Shown here: positions 52,054-64,000 of the stretch, piece by piece | How the letters are laid out: every line of letters starts with the position of its first letter | How positions within the stretch are numbered: the first letter of the stretch is position 1 | Origin: Octopus vulgaris | Lineage: Eukaryota | Length of the DNA stretch: 64,000 bases | Assembly (NCBI GenBank): GCA_951406725.2 | Contig: OX597825.1 | Coordinates: 63,736,001-63,800,000, forward strand | Reading direction: 5' to 3' | Notes under the pieces: model-generated | What the model was told of the DNA's origin: nothing | Seen by the model: the letters and a program-made list of their open reading frames with translations, nothing else | Database searches by the model: none | Program-made: the position numbers and the translations under genes

Positions 52054-52227
52054 AGGCGTAGGAGTGGCTGTGTGGTAAGTAGCTTGTTTACCAACCACAT
52101 GGCTCCGGGTTTAGTTCCACTGCGGGGCACCTTGGGCAAGCGTCTTCAACTATAGCCTTGGGCCGACCAAAGTCTTGTGAGTGGATTTGGCAGGCGGAAA
52201 GTGAAAGTAGCCCGTCGTATATATGTT

Positions 52228-52258
<31 letters not shown>

Positions 52259-52464
52259 GTATATGTTTGTGTGTCTGTTTTTGTCCCCCCAACATCGCTT
52301 GACAACTGATGCTGGTGTGTTTACGTTCTTGTAACTTAACGGTTTGGCAAAAGAGACCGATGGTGCGGTGCCCATTAAGTCCTGGGGTCGATTTGCTCGA
52401 CTAAAAAGAAAGGCGGTGCTCCAGTATGGCCACAGTCAAATGACTGAAACAAGTAAAAGAGTAA
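52054..52464 (+). mobile_element. Full-length SINE family A
   Basis: AGGCGTAGGAGTGGCTGTGTGGTAAGTAGCTTG...CTTGGGCAAG...AATGACTGAAACAAGTAAAAGAGTAAA. Confidence 0.9.
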
Positions 52465-53819
52465 ATATGCATAGATACTTTCTGCGTATATATACATATA
52501 TAAATAATATATAAAGCGTATATGCATGTGAACATGTACTGTCTATCTATCAGTCTGTTTGCTTGTCTGTCTATCTAGATGTGTGTGGCGAGGTGTATAA
52601 ACCCTGATTGATTGTATGCTTATTTTCGCGTGTGTTTATATACTTACCGGTAATTTCGTTTTCCTACAGTATTTCCCTAGTTACTAAAAAGTTAAATCCC
52701 ATGGAACTACAGGAAGTCTTATTATTTCATCTCAGCATTTATGTAAAATGCTATCTTAAGTCTGTAGGTGTGTATGTAAGTACGTATGCACATACATACA
52801 GACAAAGAGATAGATTTCTAGAATAATGTATATATAGAGAGATAGGGAGAGGGATAAATGGATATGCATACACTCACTCTCATATATATGTGTATATGTG
52901 TTTATGTCTGTATGTATGTATGTAGGTATATATTTGTTTTAAAACTATAAGTATATACGTACGTACAAACGTATTTAGCGTGGGACGGAAATTGTGCGAC
53001 ATTTCTATATCGAGCAAGTTGAGTATTTGGAGTGGAAATAACTGTGCCACCGGGTAAGTATCGTTGAAGTAGTTTCCAAGAGACCAAACCGAATACTGTT
53101 CTAAAGTTTCTGTTTTACTTACGTCTCACTGAGTCTCAATTTAGATCCAACGGAGAGATTCAATTATATTTAGTTACGATTGAATAAATTGCAACCGAGC
53201 AAACATTATACGCAACAAAGGATTGCCTTATTTCTTTTTTATCTACTTGGATTTTATAAAACAGGAAATAATATCAGTATCACATAGCAGTTATTATTTT
53301 ATGAATATTTACTGTCAAAATGGAATTTACATGGAATGCTGTAAATCCTTATGGGAAAACTTTCATATAGTATTATATAATATTTTGGAAAAAAATTAAT
53401 ATATACGATATGTAGTCTTATGTCAATATATTATTCAGTCACATGGAAAAATTCTCGATGGAATCAATACTGTACTGAAATTAAAAAGAAAGAAATGTCG
53501 TTCTTGCTACAACTAATTATTCTCTGAATTGTATTAGAACCTAACTTATTGTGTTTGAAATTGTCGGCTGTTCTATGAAACAGAATGAATAGAAACAAAA
53601 TAATTTTGAACGAATGAATGCATGCATATATACATACATACATCCATGCATACATACAAGAACACTGACACGCACACACACATACGCAGAAACATACACA
53701 CGCATACAAACATACATACATATAAATATATATATATATATAACATGTTAAAAAAGTGGGATAGGCACATGGAAATATATATAGGCATATATGTATCAGT
53801 GCATGTATGTGTATGCGAA

Positions 53820-54010
53820 TTTATATATATATATATATATATATATAGGTATATATATATATATATATATATATAGATAATATAGATAGGTATATATATA
53901 TATATTTATATATGTATGTATATATGTATATATATGTATATATATGTATGTATGTATATATATATATGTATATATGTATATATATATATATGTATATGTA
54001 TATATGTATG

Positions 54011-54041
<31 letters not shown>

Positions 54042-54440
54042 TTATATATATATATATGTATATGTATGTATATATATATATATATATACATGTATCTTTT
54101 TGTGGCAAGGGAATTTGTTTGCATGAGACCTCAGTTTCAAGACCATTGCTTGACAAATGAAGCGAGAATTTTCTTGTATAATCCAATGCAAACTAATACC
54201 ATTGAATTTGCTAAATAATTCAACGGTACTATTTTAGTATTATGGCAATTTCGGTGTAGGAATTCTTATATTTGTGTGGGTGCGTAATTGTGCTCAAATG
54301 TAAATGAACGTGATATATGCAGAAACACACATTTGGCACACACGCACACACATAAACACACAAAGGCACACGTACACACATATATACAGAAATAGATAGA
54401 TAGATAGATAGATATATATATAGATAGATAGATAGATATG

Positions 54441-54522
<82 letters not shown>

Positions 54523-54560
54523 TATAGATAGATAGATAAGGAGATAGATACACAGACAGA
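53820..54560. repeat. (TA)n/(TATG)n and (TAGA)n microsatellite blocks
   Basis: Directly visible. Confidence 0.9.
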
Positions 54561-55338
54561 TATGTATGTGGATTTCAAATACAGGTTAGGTAATAGAAAC
54601 TACTAACTCAGTAAATTTCTGAGCTGTGCTTTTTGAATAGAGAAAATAAGCTGGCTTATATTCGTTATTCAGTAATCAATTTTTAATAGTAATATTTCAT
54701 ATATATCTGAGGACTCATATCACCTGGGCAAAACTCCAGTCAATTTTTTATCGTTCTTAATTTTGTTTTTAAACATATTCTCACTAGTAATGGTTAAACT
54801 CCGAAAACACTCCCCGAGTGTGATTCGTGAGCAAATAGAAACTTAATTCTAATTTTGAGAAATACTACCTGTAGTCGTAAAGCATGCGACTGTTTTCTGT
54901 TTTGCACTATCACTGATCTTTCACCAATGATATATAACTATAAATTTAGATGGCTGGCAGATCTCCAAACTGGCAAGCAGTATGGATTAACACTTCGCAA
55001 TATTGGAGATAATTTTAATTGGATGCTCTACGACACTCAATAAAAAATGATGTATAGTTACAAGATCCCTTCGGAAATCGTCAATGCATCGGACGTAACG
55101 AGAGTACAGCTCAAAAATCAAGATGTAAAAATGTACAATTTTGAAACGTTGAAACGCTTGAAACAATGAGGTATCTGTTGGAGATAGAGAAGAGTTTCCA
55201 ACATTAATTTACCATTACTCACCATCAAGAAGAGAAATTTTAATATATGTAAATATGTAGCTCTGATATTTATTTTCCCTATATATAAACACACACACAC
55301 GTATCTCTTTCACCTCTCTCTCTCCCTCTCTCAGGTAC

Positions 55339-55411
<73 letters not shown>

Positions 55412-55416
55412 CATTC

Positions 55417-55448
<32 letters not shown>

Positions 55449-56439
55449 ATGTATATATATTAATGTATGAGGTTCAAATTATACTAAACTCTATTTTACA
55501 TATTACGAATATTACGCAATAGTTAGGGAAGAGTGGAAAGATGTATTCGTTATAATAAGGTTTGATAGTAAACTCGGAGTTTCGATAGAATTTAGAGTTC
55601 CAAGGCTGTCACCCTCAATGAAGTTTCAAACTGTTAGATTTTAGATAAACGCACATATATTTCTCTGTGTGTGTGTGTTTGTGTTTACATACACATGCAG
55701 CTATATGCATTAACTGAATTACCGCCTGAAACATTAATAAATTGCAATATTGAATGTGCAATTTCGGTGTCAAATAACTATTAAATATTGTTTCTCTTAT
55801 ACAATTGTATTGTATATGTATAAAAGGCTTTTCCAGTCATCAGTTTATTCCTTTCTCTCTGTGCGGTCCTTCAAGCAAATAACATCTGTTCATAGGCATT
55901 TCCTTATAAGGAACAGCTAGTTATCGAAATAGAACACCGTTATTATGTATGACTGAAAACTAAATTTATATTTCTTTCCAAGTTATATCATTATACTTTC
56001 TTCTGTTCTACGTTAATGCCATGAGCAATGGCGGTAACGCAGTGAACAAGGTGTTGTATTACAAACCAAAAGATCGTTTCGTTTCTCGTCAAAGAAGCGA
56101 CATCTACGTACATAGATGCTTTGCCTATAAGAAAAAGAAGGAGCTATTATATATTTATATAGGACGCAATGTGATGAAAGGGATCCTTAACATACTCACA
56201 ACAAATCTTACGTTACTTTCAATAAAGGATATTTTGCAGTGTATAGAAATCGAAGGATTGTCAGTTCTTGAACGAATTTCATCGTATGTATATTTGATTG
56301 AATTTTATCTAAACAACAACGAGAAATCAGCGAATTAAACTGTAAAAGATGCACAAAATATGTTATAATACATTGGAGATTGCATTTAAACCAAGTGAAC
56401 TCAGCTGTGGAGTCATGCACCGTTGCAGCACGTACCTGC

Positions 56440-56800
56440 ATTCACCATTTGTTGATATATTCCAGGATCATCCCGGGTAACACGTCAAGCAACGTCCCAG
56501 GAAGTCTCCATCTCCTCGGGATACCTCCTCATCTACTGTGACCATGTGACACGTGGCCGACCAAAATTAGCGGACAACCCAACCTGATCCAAAGTGAAGT
56601 GAACAGGGTATGCAGGCTCTAACACTAAAATTCGAGCGACATAGTCAAACAGTCTGAACTGACGCTCACTAATCAAACAAAATAAGATAACGCATCCCAG
56701 TTTGTGAGTAGAGTCGTTGGTTGGATAAGAAATCCAATCAATTGTTATTTATAATCCTGCAAAGTGCCCCTGTATCAAAGGAGAGTCCAGGCGGTTAAAA
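56440..56800 (-). mobile_element. Decayed RTE-like LINE C-terminal fragment
   Basis: GC-richer island. Minus-strand TTGATTAGTGAGCGTCAGTTCAGACTGTTTGACTATGTCGCTCGA reads LISERQFRLFDYVAR, matching the RTE motif I..RQLR.FGHV.R. Confidence 0.55.
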
Positions 56801-59201
56801 TAACACTCGATACCTTATTATACCTTTATTTATCGAACCTGAATCTAAATGTGACTCTGGCGTAGATTTTACTCAGGTTGAACTGGTATTTTTCTCCGAT
56901 ATTCACAAAGACCTACAAATTGAAAATTATATATGAAAATGCTAGCATTAATTTCGTCCATACCTGAAGAACTACTTAACGGGTAATTTATTTTATGAGA
57001 TGCAGTAGAATTAGTCAAATTTGGCGCCGGCTATACTTGAACTCAGAACGTTAAAAGTCATGACTAAATGTCACAATGTATTTTAACAAGCGATCTAACG
57101 CTCCTGCCAATCCACTGCTCGCAGTAAATCCACTGATTTCTATCACTCATCCACTCTTTGGAAGAATCAGCATGTTTTAAACTCAAGCTTAAGGCCATGG
57201 CTTTGGGTCTTATGTTATCGATTCCAACACTTCACAGCTAAAATACTTTTATCAGTTCTGATATGTTAGACAGCGAACTGACCTCAGCAGTATTTGCATA
57301 CAGAAAATATGCATGAGGATAAAGCACAAGGAATTTTGTCGGAGGCGCAAGCCCCACGACCTATCAACTATTATCTATGACAATTATAAATTTACAATTA
57401 AATTAGAGCAGATTGGTTAAGAGTGCACCTGCATTTGTGCTTTCACTGTGTTCATCATACATGAACTCTGTATTACCGGAGCAAATACATGATGCAAGAA
57501 CAATCCAAGCACGGCAATCCCATCTAATTTTCACATGCATTGAACCTAAAATTATATTATAAAATGCCATCCTTCTTTTTTGCTTAAAATGCCATAGCTT
57601 AAATTGAAGGAACTTTCAATATTCTTTCTAGAATGTTGAGCAACTACGTTGAAGCTCCGTTCATGCATATCAATACAACGGGAATTTTCGACAAAGCTGC
57701 TTTAAGAGAGCAAATAACCGATATTTCCCATGACGATAGCTTAAACAAAGCAAAGTAAAACAAATAAATTTTAATAAAATTTAATTAAAAAATAAACAAT
57801 AATAATAACCACAAAAAATATTTCAAATTCCTAATGGTATCAATTCATAACAAATTCATATCACTAACAAAATGAATTTCAATGTGACTGTAAAAGATAA
57901 ACACACTTGTGAGCATTTACGGAAACATTAAAACTGAATTGATAAAATTCCATTCCTGTAGTACTATCGTATTACGTGCATATAAGTGAACGTTTTGCGG
58001 TATTTTATAGGTCTTATTTTTTTCAGCTATTTATAGTGTTTTTTTTTTTTTGCCCTTATCTACAAAATTTGCCCATATTTTCCCTAAACAGCAAAAGATA
58101 ATAATTAAAATGCGTTAATCTCTAGCTGTATTTGCAGTACTGCCGGATGACTAAGTTTGCCACGTAACCATGAGATATTTTGTTCGATCATCAGTGCGTA
58201 TCTTCTTGAACAAATACTATTTTTTATAGACACAATTTGAGCCATTACTTGATAGTGAAATTGAATGCACAGGGACTATATACAATACCACCTGGTAGCT
58301 TGTACCTTAACAAGGAAAGGTACTGTCCCATCGCAAACTGGCATCTGAATAAATAAATGTTTAAAGGTCCCTATGATGTAATTTAATCATTGAAAACACA
58401 TTTTGGAGAGATCATTAGAATAAGAATAAGATGACTGAATATCAGGTCAAACATAGAAATTGTAGTTACGTGGCCATTAATCCTGCTAGACATAACAGTC
58501 AAATCTTAACGAGTTGTAAAACAATTCGTTATTCCGGAGGTTAACTGCAGTCATTAGTCCAGAAGAAAACAAAATAATAGTATTATTTTGGAATGGCGTT
58601 TTAACATAATTCCTTCTGATCAATCAGGCATGACCTTCGGCTACACGACAATAAAACCCCTAATCAAATATCAAACCAATTAAGTATTTCTTAGAATATC
58701 GCAATAAGTCGATTTGCCTTGAGGAGTAAAAACGTCTAATACATTCGAAAAGTGTGGATAATGATGTTACCGCTTCTGCCACTGACTATCAGACTCGTTT
58801 ATGTCATTCTTAACTTTACGCTTTGGAATTCAGTAGTAATATGTTGAATGCGGTGAATTTCAAATATATTCAACCAATTTCGATACCAACAAATCATTTA
58901 TATTAATGGAGAAATATTAGTAATATTAGAGTAAGTCAGTATAACGTAGTAAGTATATCGCTGTGAATGACAAAGTAGCATTTGTGTATTTAATGCTAAT
59001 GAAATTATCCTTCACAACACAAGCACTATGAACAGCATTCTTACCAATTAAACGAACTAAATTATGAGTAAACGAATTACGGTATTTGAGGATATTTCTT
59101 CGTGTGAGTAATTCTTTTATAGGCCTGAAGATCAGAGCCAGAAACTGGATGTCAATGATTGGAATCTCCGTGGACATTTCATGATATAGAGGCGGTCTTA
59201 C

Positions 59202-59411
59202 GGCAGTGAGCTGGCAGAATCGTTAACATGCCGGGCAAAATGCTTAAGCGGTATTTCGCCTGTCTTTACGTTCTGAGTTCAAATGCCACCGGAGTCGATG
59301 CTGCTTTTCATCATTTCGGAGTCGATAAATTAAGTACCAGTAAAACACTGGGGTCGATGTAATCGACTGGCCCTTTCCCCAAATTTTAGACTTTGTGCCT
59401 ATAATAGAAAG
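59202..59411 (+). mobile_element. Full-length SINE family C with degenerate ~19-bp TSD
   Basis: GATATAGAGGCGGTCTTAC (59183-59201) versus GATATTGAGGCGATCTTAC (59412-59430). Confidence 0.85.
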
Positions 59412-60570
59412 GATATTGAGGCGATCTTACTTTAATTAGACAATATGTTTACAGCTGAATTTTCGCATAAAAACACACATACGTACATGAAAGATTAAAC
59501 CTTCTTCAGACAGGGATAAATTCATCTTGTGGCTTGTTATAACATGAAAGTATTATCAAAACAATGCAGTAAAGCTTAAGATTGACGGGCTCACAACCTT
59601 TCAGTAATTTACCAAAAAAGAAAATCAACACCCTCAGAGATGTGCCGGGTGCGCATGCGTTAAAAGGAAGAAGTAAATTTTGACCCAGACTCTAGGTTTT
59701 CCTTGGATATGTTAAATCAGGAAAAGAAAGAGAAATGGGCTTAAAAACCTCTATTGTTGAGAATTCTAGAATTAATTGTCATTTTTATTTTTATTTTTAC
59801 TTTTGGGTTCTGTTAAGAAGAATAATTTGAACGAAATAAAGGAATTTCAATATATTTATTTTATATTCATTTTTAATGAGAAATAAGTAAAATGTAAATT
59901 TAAGTTGTATTAAATTTCTGTTGCAATATTGAAACAACTTTATATCAGATTTATTACAAGTGATGTCTAAACCAGAAGTAACAATAAAACAATTCACCAT
60001 TTGTTTCAACATGGTTGTGTAGTTTTGTTGTCAGTCGGGGTGCTGAAAAATGCCTGGCTTTAACAGTATCACAGAAAGCCCGGATGGAGGCCCAATCTTC
60101 CGAGTTATTTTACAGGGCTTACAAAAAATGCCCAGCGCGCTAATGTTTCTGCCAGCTCGCCGCCTTCTTTAGAAATATTATCATAATAAATAAAACTGTT
60201 GATTATGGAGCATACGTAAATGACTTTCATCGTTCTGTTCCATTAGTTTGCATGCATGTTCTGCTCAAAATCGCCATTCTGCGTTTTGTATACTTAGTCC
60301 TCTGTTTCAAAATGTCTTGAATTTATGCTGTTGATTAAATTACCTGTTATTAGAGGATTACTCTTTCTTAGAAACATCATATGATATTTGTATTCTGCAA
60401 AGTCACAATCTTAAGAGTTGCAGAGTTGTAGAAATTGAAAGAATTTTGTCCTTTTCTCTTGTATTTCTCTAACACCATTACATCTCTTTTGCTTTTGGAG
60501 ATCTGAATGATTTTGACACGTATTTGCAATTTAAAAATAAACAAAAAAACAAGGTGTTCATTTAGAGTAT

Positions 60571-61010
60571 AGGCGCAGGAGTGGTTGGGTGGTAAGAAGG
60601 TTACTTTCCAACCACTTGGTTCGGGCTTCAGTGTCACTGCGTGAGACCCTGGACAAGTGTCTTCTACTATAGCCGCGTGCCCACCAAAGCCTTGTGAGTG
60701 GATTTGGTAGACGGAAACTGAAAAGAAGCCCGTTCTATATATGTGTGTGTATGTGTGTGTACGTGTGTGTGTAAACGCGTGTCTGTACTTGTGTTTGTCC
60801 CCCACAACTGCTTGACAGCCGGTGGTGGTGTGATTACGTCCCTTAACTTAGCAGTTCGGCAAAATATACAGATGCAATAAATACCAGGTTTAAAGTAGAA
60901 AAAAAAGTACCTGGGTCGAATCATTTATCTAAATTTCTTGAAAGCTTTATTCCAGCATGTCCGCATTTTAATAACGACTGAAATGAGTAAAAGGATAGAA
61001 GAAAAAAGAT
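60571..61010 (+). mobile_element. Full-length diverged SINE family A
   Basis: AGGCGCAGGAGTGGTTGGGTGGTAAG...CCAAAGCCTTGTGAGTGGATTTGGTAGACGGAAACTG. Confidence 0.85.
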
Positions 61011-61835
61011 TACAAACTCCAATTATATATGAATGGGAGCATATATGAACTTTAATTATAATCATGTTTATCATAATCCCGACATTCGTCGCCTTCAAAG
61101 TCTCAGTCGCATCACCACAGTCACTACCACAAATGCCCGTCGTCTTCTTAGTTTCCTCTCCATCCCCATCATCAGTGTCATCATCGGCGTTGCATTCTTT
61201 ATCGTCAACATCATTATCGTCATCATTGCCGTTAACATTCTTAAAATCGTAGGAGTTGTTGTTGAAGAATTCTAGACAATTAATAATAAACGCTTCTGAA
61301 TAACTATCAAATATCTTTTAAAATTCGACTTAACTAATTGCTAAAGCAATTTTAAAATTCTATTTATTAAAATTTAATTTGACATTAACATTTTACCACA
61401 AATATAATTAACTAAGATGGAATTTAGTAATTATCAGTGCCGTAACGAGTAGGCATAGTTATTGCATCGCTAGCGTTATTGCGAGTAACGTACAATAAAT
61501 GAAATGTTATGAGAAAAGCCAGATATCATTTCTAGGGGGTCATTCAGCCAACAATATATCGACCAAATCTTAACTTAATCTCTGGTAACAGAACAAGTAA
61601 TTAATTAATGTGCACAGTGATTAATGCATTACTTAAAATAACAGTCGAAATGTATAATATGGTTCGCACATATGGGATTCATTTGATCACAAATTCCTTT
61701 CCAAGAGAACTGATATAGGCTTACAGAAAGATAAAAAAAAGATAAACAACATTTTATTAAGGCGAAGATGGAGTTACTCATTTGATTGATTCCTTTACCG
61801 TAGAGTAGGAAAGACAACTTATACACATATGTATG

Positions 61836-61896
<61 letters not shown>

Positions 61897-61899
<3 letters not shown>

Positions 61900-61983
61900 T
61901 GGTCATATATGCCAGTTTAGCCAATAAAAACACACGCACTATATATTTGGTGTTATTTGGCTAAACTGGCAATATGACCATTC
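61897..61983. mobile_element. Tiny hairpin element / MITE with ~27-bp inverted repeats
   Basis: GAATGGTCATAT(A)TGCCAGTTTAGCCAA ... TTGGCTAAACTGGCAATATGACCATTC. Confidence 0.75.
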
Positions 61984-62044
61984 CGAAATATAACAATATC
62001 TGTTTGACTTCACATAAAAAATCTTGCACAACAAATATTTAAAC

Positions 62045-62080
<36 letters not shown>

Positions 62081-62154
62081 GTCTATCTATTTATAAATTT
62101 ATATATTAATTTCTCTCTCTCGGTATATATATATATATCTATATATATATACAC

Positions 62155-62187
<33 letters not shown>

Positions 62188-62191
<4 letters not shown>

Positions 62192-63145
62192 GTCCAGCAG
62201 ATTGTAAAACGAGGCCTTGACGTCGTCTTCAGAAGTGAGAGTACACTTAAGGCATCTGTCTCGAATAAGCGGGATCCGAACAATCAGCAGGTGTTCGCTG
62301 ACAGCAGTTTGGACCAGTCTGTTGATCCACGAGTTTCGTTTCGATGGCAAGGCCAACACCGTGGATGCGTCTTCCGTTAGGATTTTTTCTCTTCCAAAAC
62401 ATGGTGTATTTGGAGCCAGCTTCTCTGATGCTGCCTTCTCCAGGAAGCTACTCTCGCTGAAGGCTGCCACGTCGATGCAGAAGTGGGCAAGTTCCGTCCA
62501 GACGAGGGCTGTTCGTCGCTCCGAACGATTAATGCCACTATTGTCCTGGAGAGTGCGGATGTTTCTGGCCGTCAGAGGTTTTGAAATAAAGGATTTAGTT
62601 TAGATGATGGATGAGTAGAAGTAGAATTTTGGCCGCTGAATGGGAGGTCCACCAGCTGCGGTATGCCGGCCAGATTGAGTTGCCCTGTCCGATGTTTACC
62701 CCACGTTCTCTAAGAGCTCCTAAAGAGGCTAGCCCTGTCACGAGTCGTGCTGCCGAAATCCAATGTCACGGCTATTCCTTGTAGAGCGACCATCTAAGAT
62801 TCGCAGCCAATGTGGGGCATCAAGCTTTCTAAACCTGCCTCTGGCGCCCGCGATACCATCGGCAATGGGTTCTTTTTTCTTGAGACTCAAACAGTAGAAA
62901 GACGAAGCTAGTCGCTGAGTAAATTGTTTGAAGTGATCGTAGCTGCACGACAGCCACGCGCATGCACTTGGCCAGGAACTTCTCCATTGCGGGTCAAGTA
63001 TTGAGACGTGCAGTTTTGTTGAGGTTGGTTGCAGCGAAGTGCTGGAGTCTATCTGCCTTTGTCACGCCTGCCCGCAAGGCGTTGCATTCTTCTGCCGGCA
63101 TTACTCCATGGGGGTTTGAGATTGTCCTCTTCTGCTTGCTTTGCC

Positions 63146-63147
<2 letters not shown>
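62188..63147 (-). mobile_element. 5' portion of an RTE-clade LINE (5' leader + N-terminal AP endonuclease), 3'-truncated
   Basis: NIRTLQDNSGINRSERRTALVWTELAHFCIDVAAFSES, GEGSIREAGSKYTMFW, RIHGVGLAI, SEHLLIVRIPL and TLTSEDDVKASFYNLLD. Confidence 0.85.
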
Positions 63148-63197
<50 letters not shown>

Positions 63198-63211
63198 TTA
63201 AATAAATAACT

Positions 63212-63420
63212 ATATCACCTGATCACTTGACCGACCAGTCCATCAGGCGTCCATTTGACACCGCTGGTCACAGCACGCTGTCTACTACTCTCTGGATCGC
63301 GCCTTTCTCATCCACGTGATCCCAATCGTCCTCCTGAAATCGTAACTCCACCGTCGTGGAGGTCTTCCGGGTGGTCTTTTCCGCTCATGCGGGTACCACT
63401 CGACAACTGCGTGGTTCCAC
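63212..63420 (-). mobile_element. 3' end of an RTE-clade LINE
   Basis: AVVEWYPHERKRPPGRPPRRW motif followed by a short 3' UTR ending in GTGATCA-type repeats. Confidence 0.8.
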
Positions 63421-63558
63421 CGATTATCGGTGAGCCTACGATCGGTGAATACCTACGATCGTTTTAATGGGTTGATCGATAAATTTTTGAATGACAACGA
63501 TCAGGTGAACAGACAGATCTATTAATCTATTGAATAAAAGTAATCACGTGAATAAGTT

Positions 63559-63646
<88 letters not shown>

Positions 63647-64000
63647 ATATATATGCACACATACATATATAAAGACATAACATAATAAATTATATATTGG
63701 GAAATTCACTCACCTTGATATTGTACCTTAGTAATAAGTTGTACCAATTACTTCCTCACTAGCTCTGATATATCAAACACTCACGAACATATTATTCTAT
63801 ATTCGTATATCCAAGTTTATAATATTAAATCAAATAATACATTCTGAAAGTTATAGTGATTCCTAAATCAAATAGTTTCATAAGCCAGTCCTTAATATTA
63901 TTTTCTGCTCTATACACGCTTGATAAAACGCAGATATTTATCAAATCAATCTCTTAATATGGTGCGTTTATAGGTCACAGAAAAGAATATGAACAGAATG

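Noticed and set aside
52054-52130. tRNA genes at SINE heads
   Set aside because: A/B-box-like motifs are present, but there is no complete cloverleaf and each continues into a SINE body.
58926-59177. ORF starting MSTEIPIIDIQ (2OG-Fe oxygenase-like N-terminus)
   Set aside because: The resemblance is limited to a few residues, with no further motifs or convincing splice structure.
61033-61275. Hydrophobic ORF resembling a membrane protein
   Set aside because: It derives from a degenerate (TCA/TCG)n low-complexity tract.

Overview
AT-rich eukaryotic genomic DNA saturated with (TA)n, (TATG)n, (TAA)n and (TAGA)n microsatellites and transposable-element debris. The repeat landscape resembles an octopus (coleoid cephalopod) genome; this is an inference from repeat style. 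No host protein-coding gene can be called with confidence, and nearly all ORFs in the track are microsatellite or SINE artefacts. Supported content: three tRNA-derived SINE families in many copies; decayed maT (DD37D), Tc1 and mariner transposases; a Penelope-like element (RT + GIY-YIG); an R4/Dong-like LINE fragment; several RTE-clade fragments; MITEs; a (TAA)n-embedded repeat family; and several hammerhead-ribozyme-like motifs. The most striking object is a 2.18-kb retroelement at 3204-5382 (-). It is bounded by an exact 15-bp target-site duplication and inserted into the tRNA-like head of a SINE. It encodes only an L1/Tx1-type ORF1 (RRM-like region + CCHC knuckle, no ORF2) and appears to carry a GT-AG intron in its 5' UTR. 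Repeat boundaries are approximate unless a TSD or TIR is quoted.
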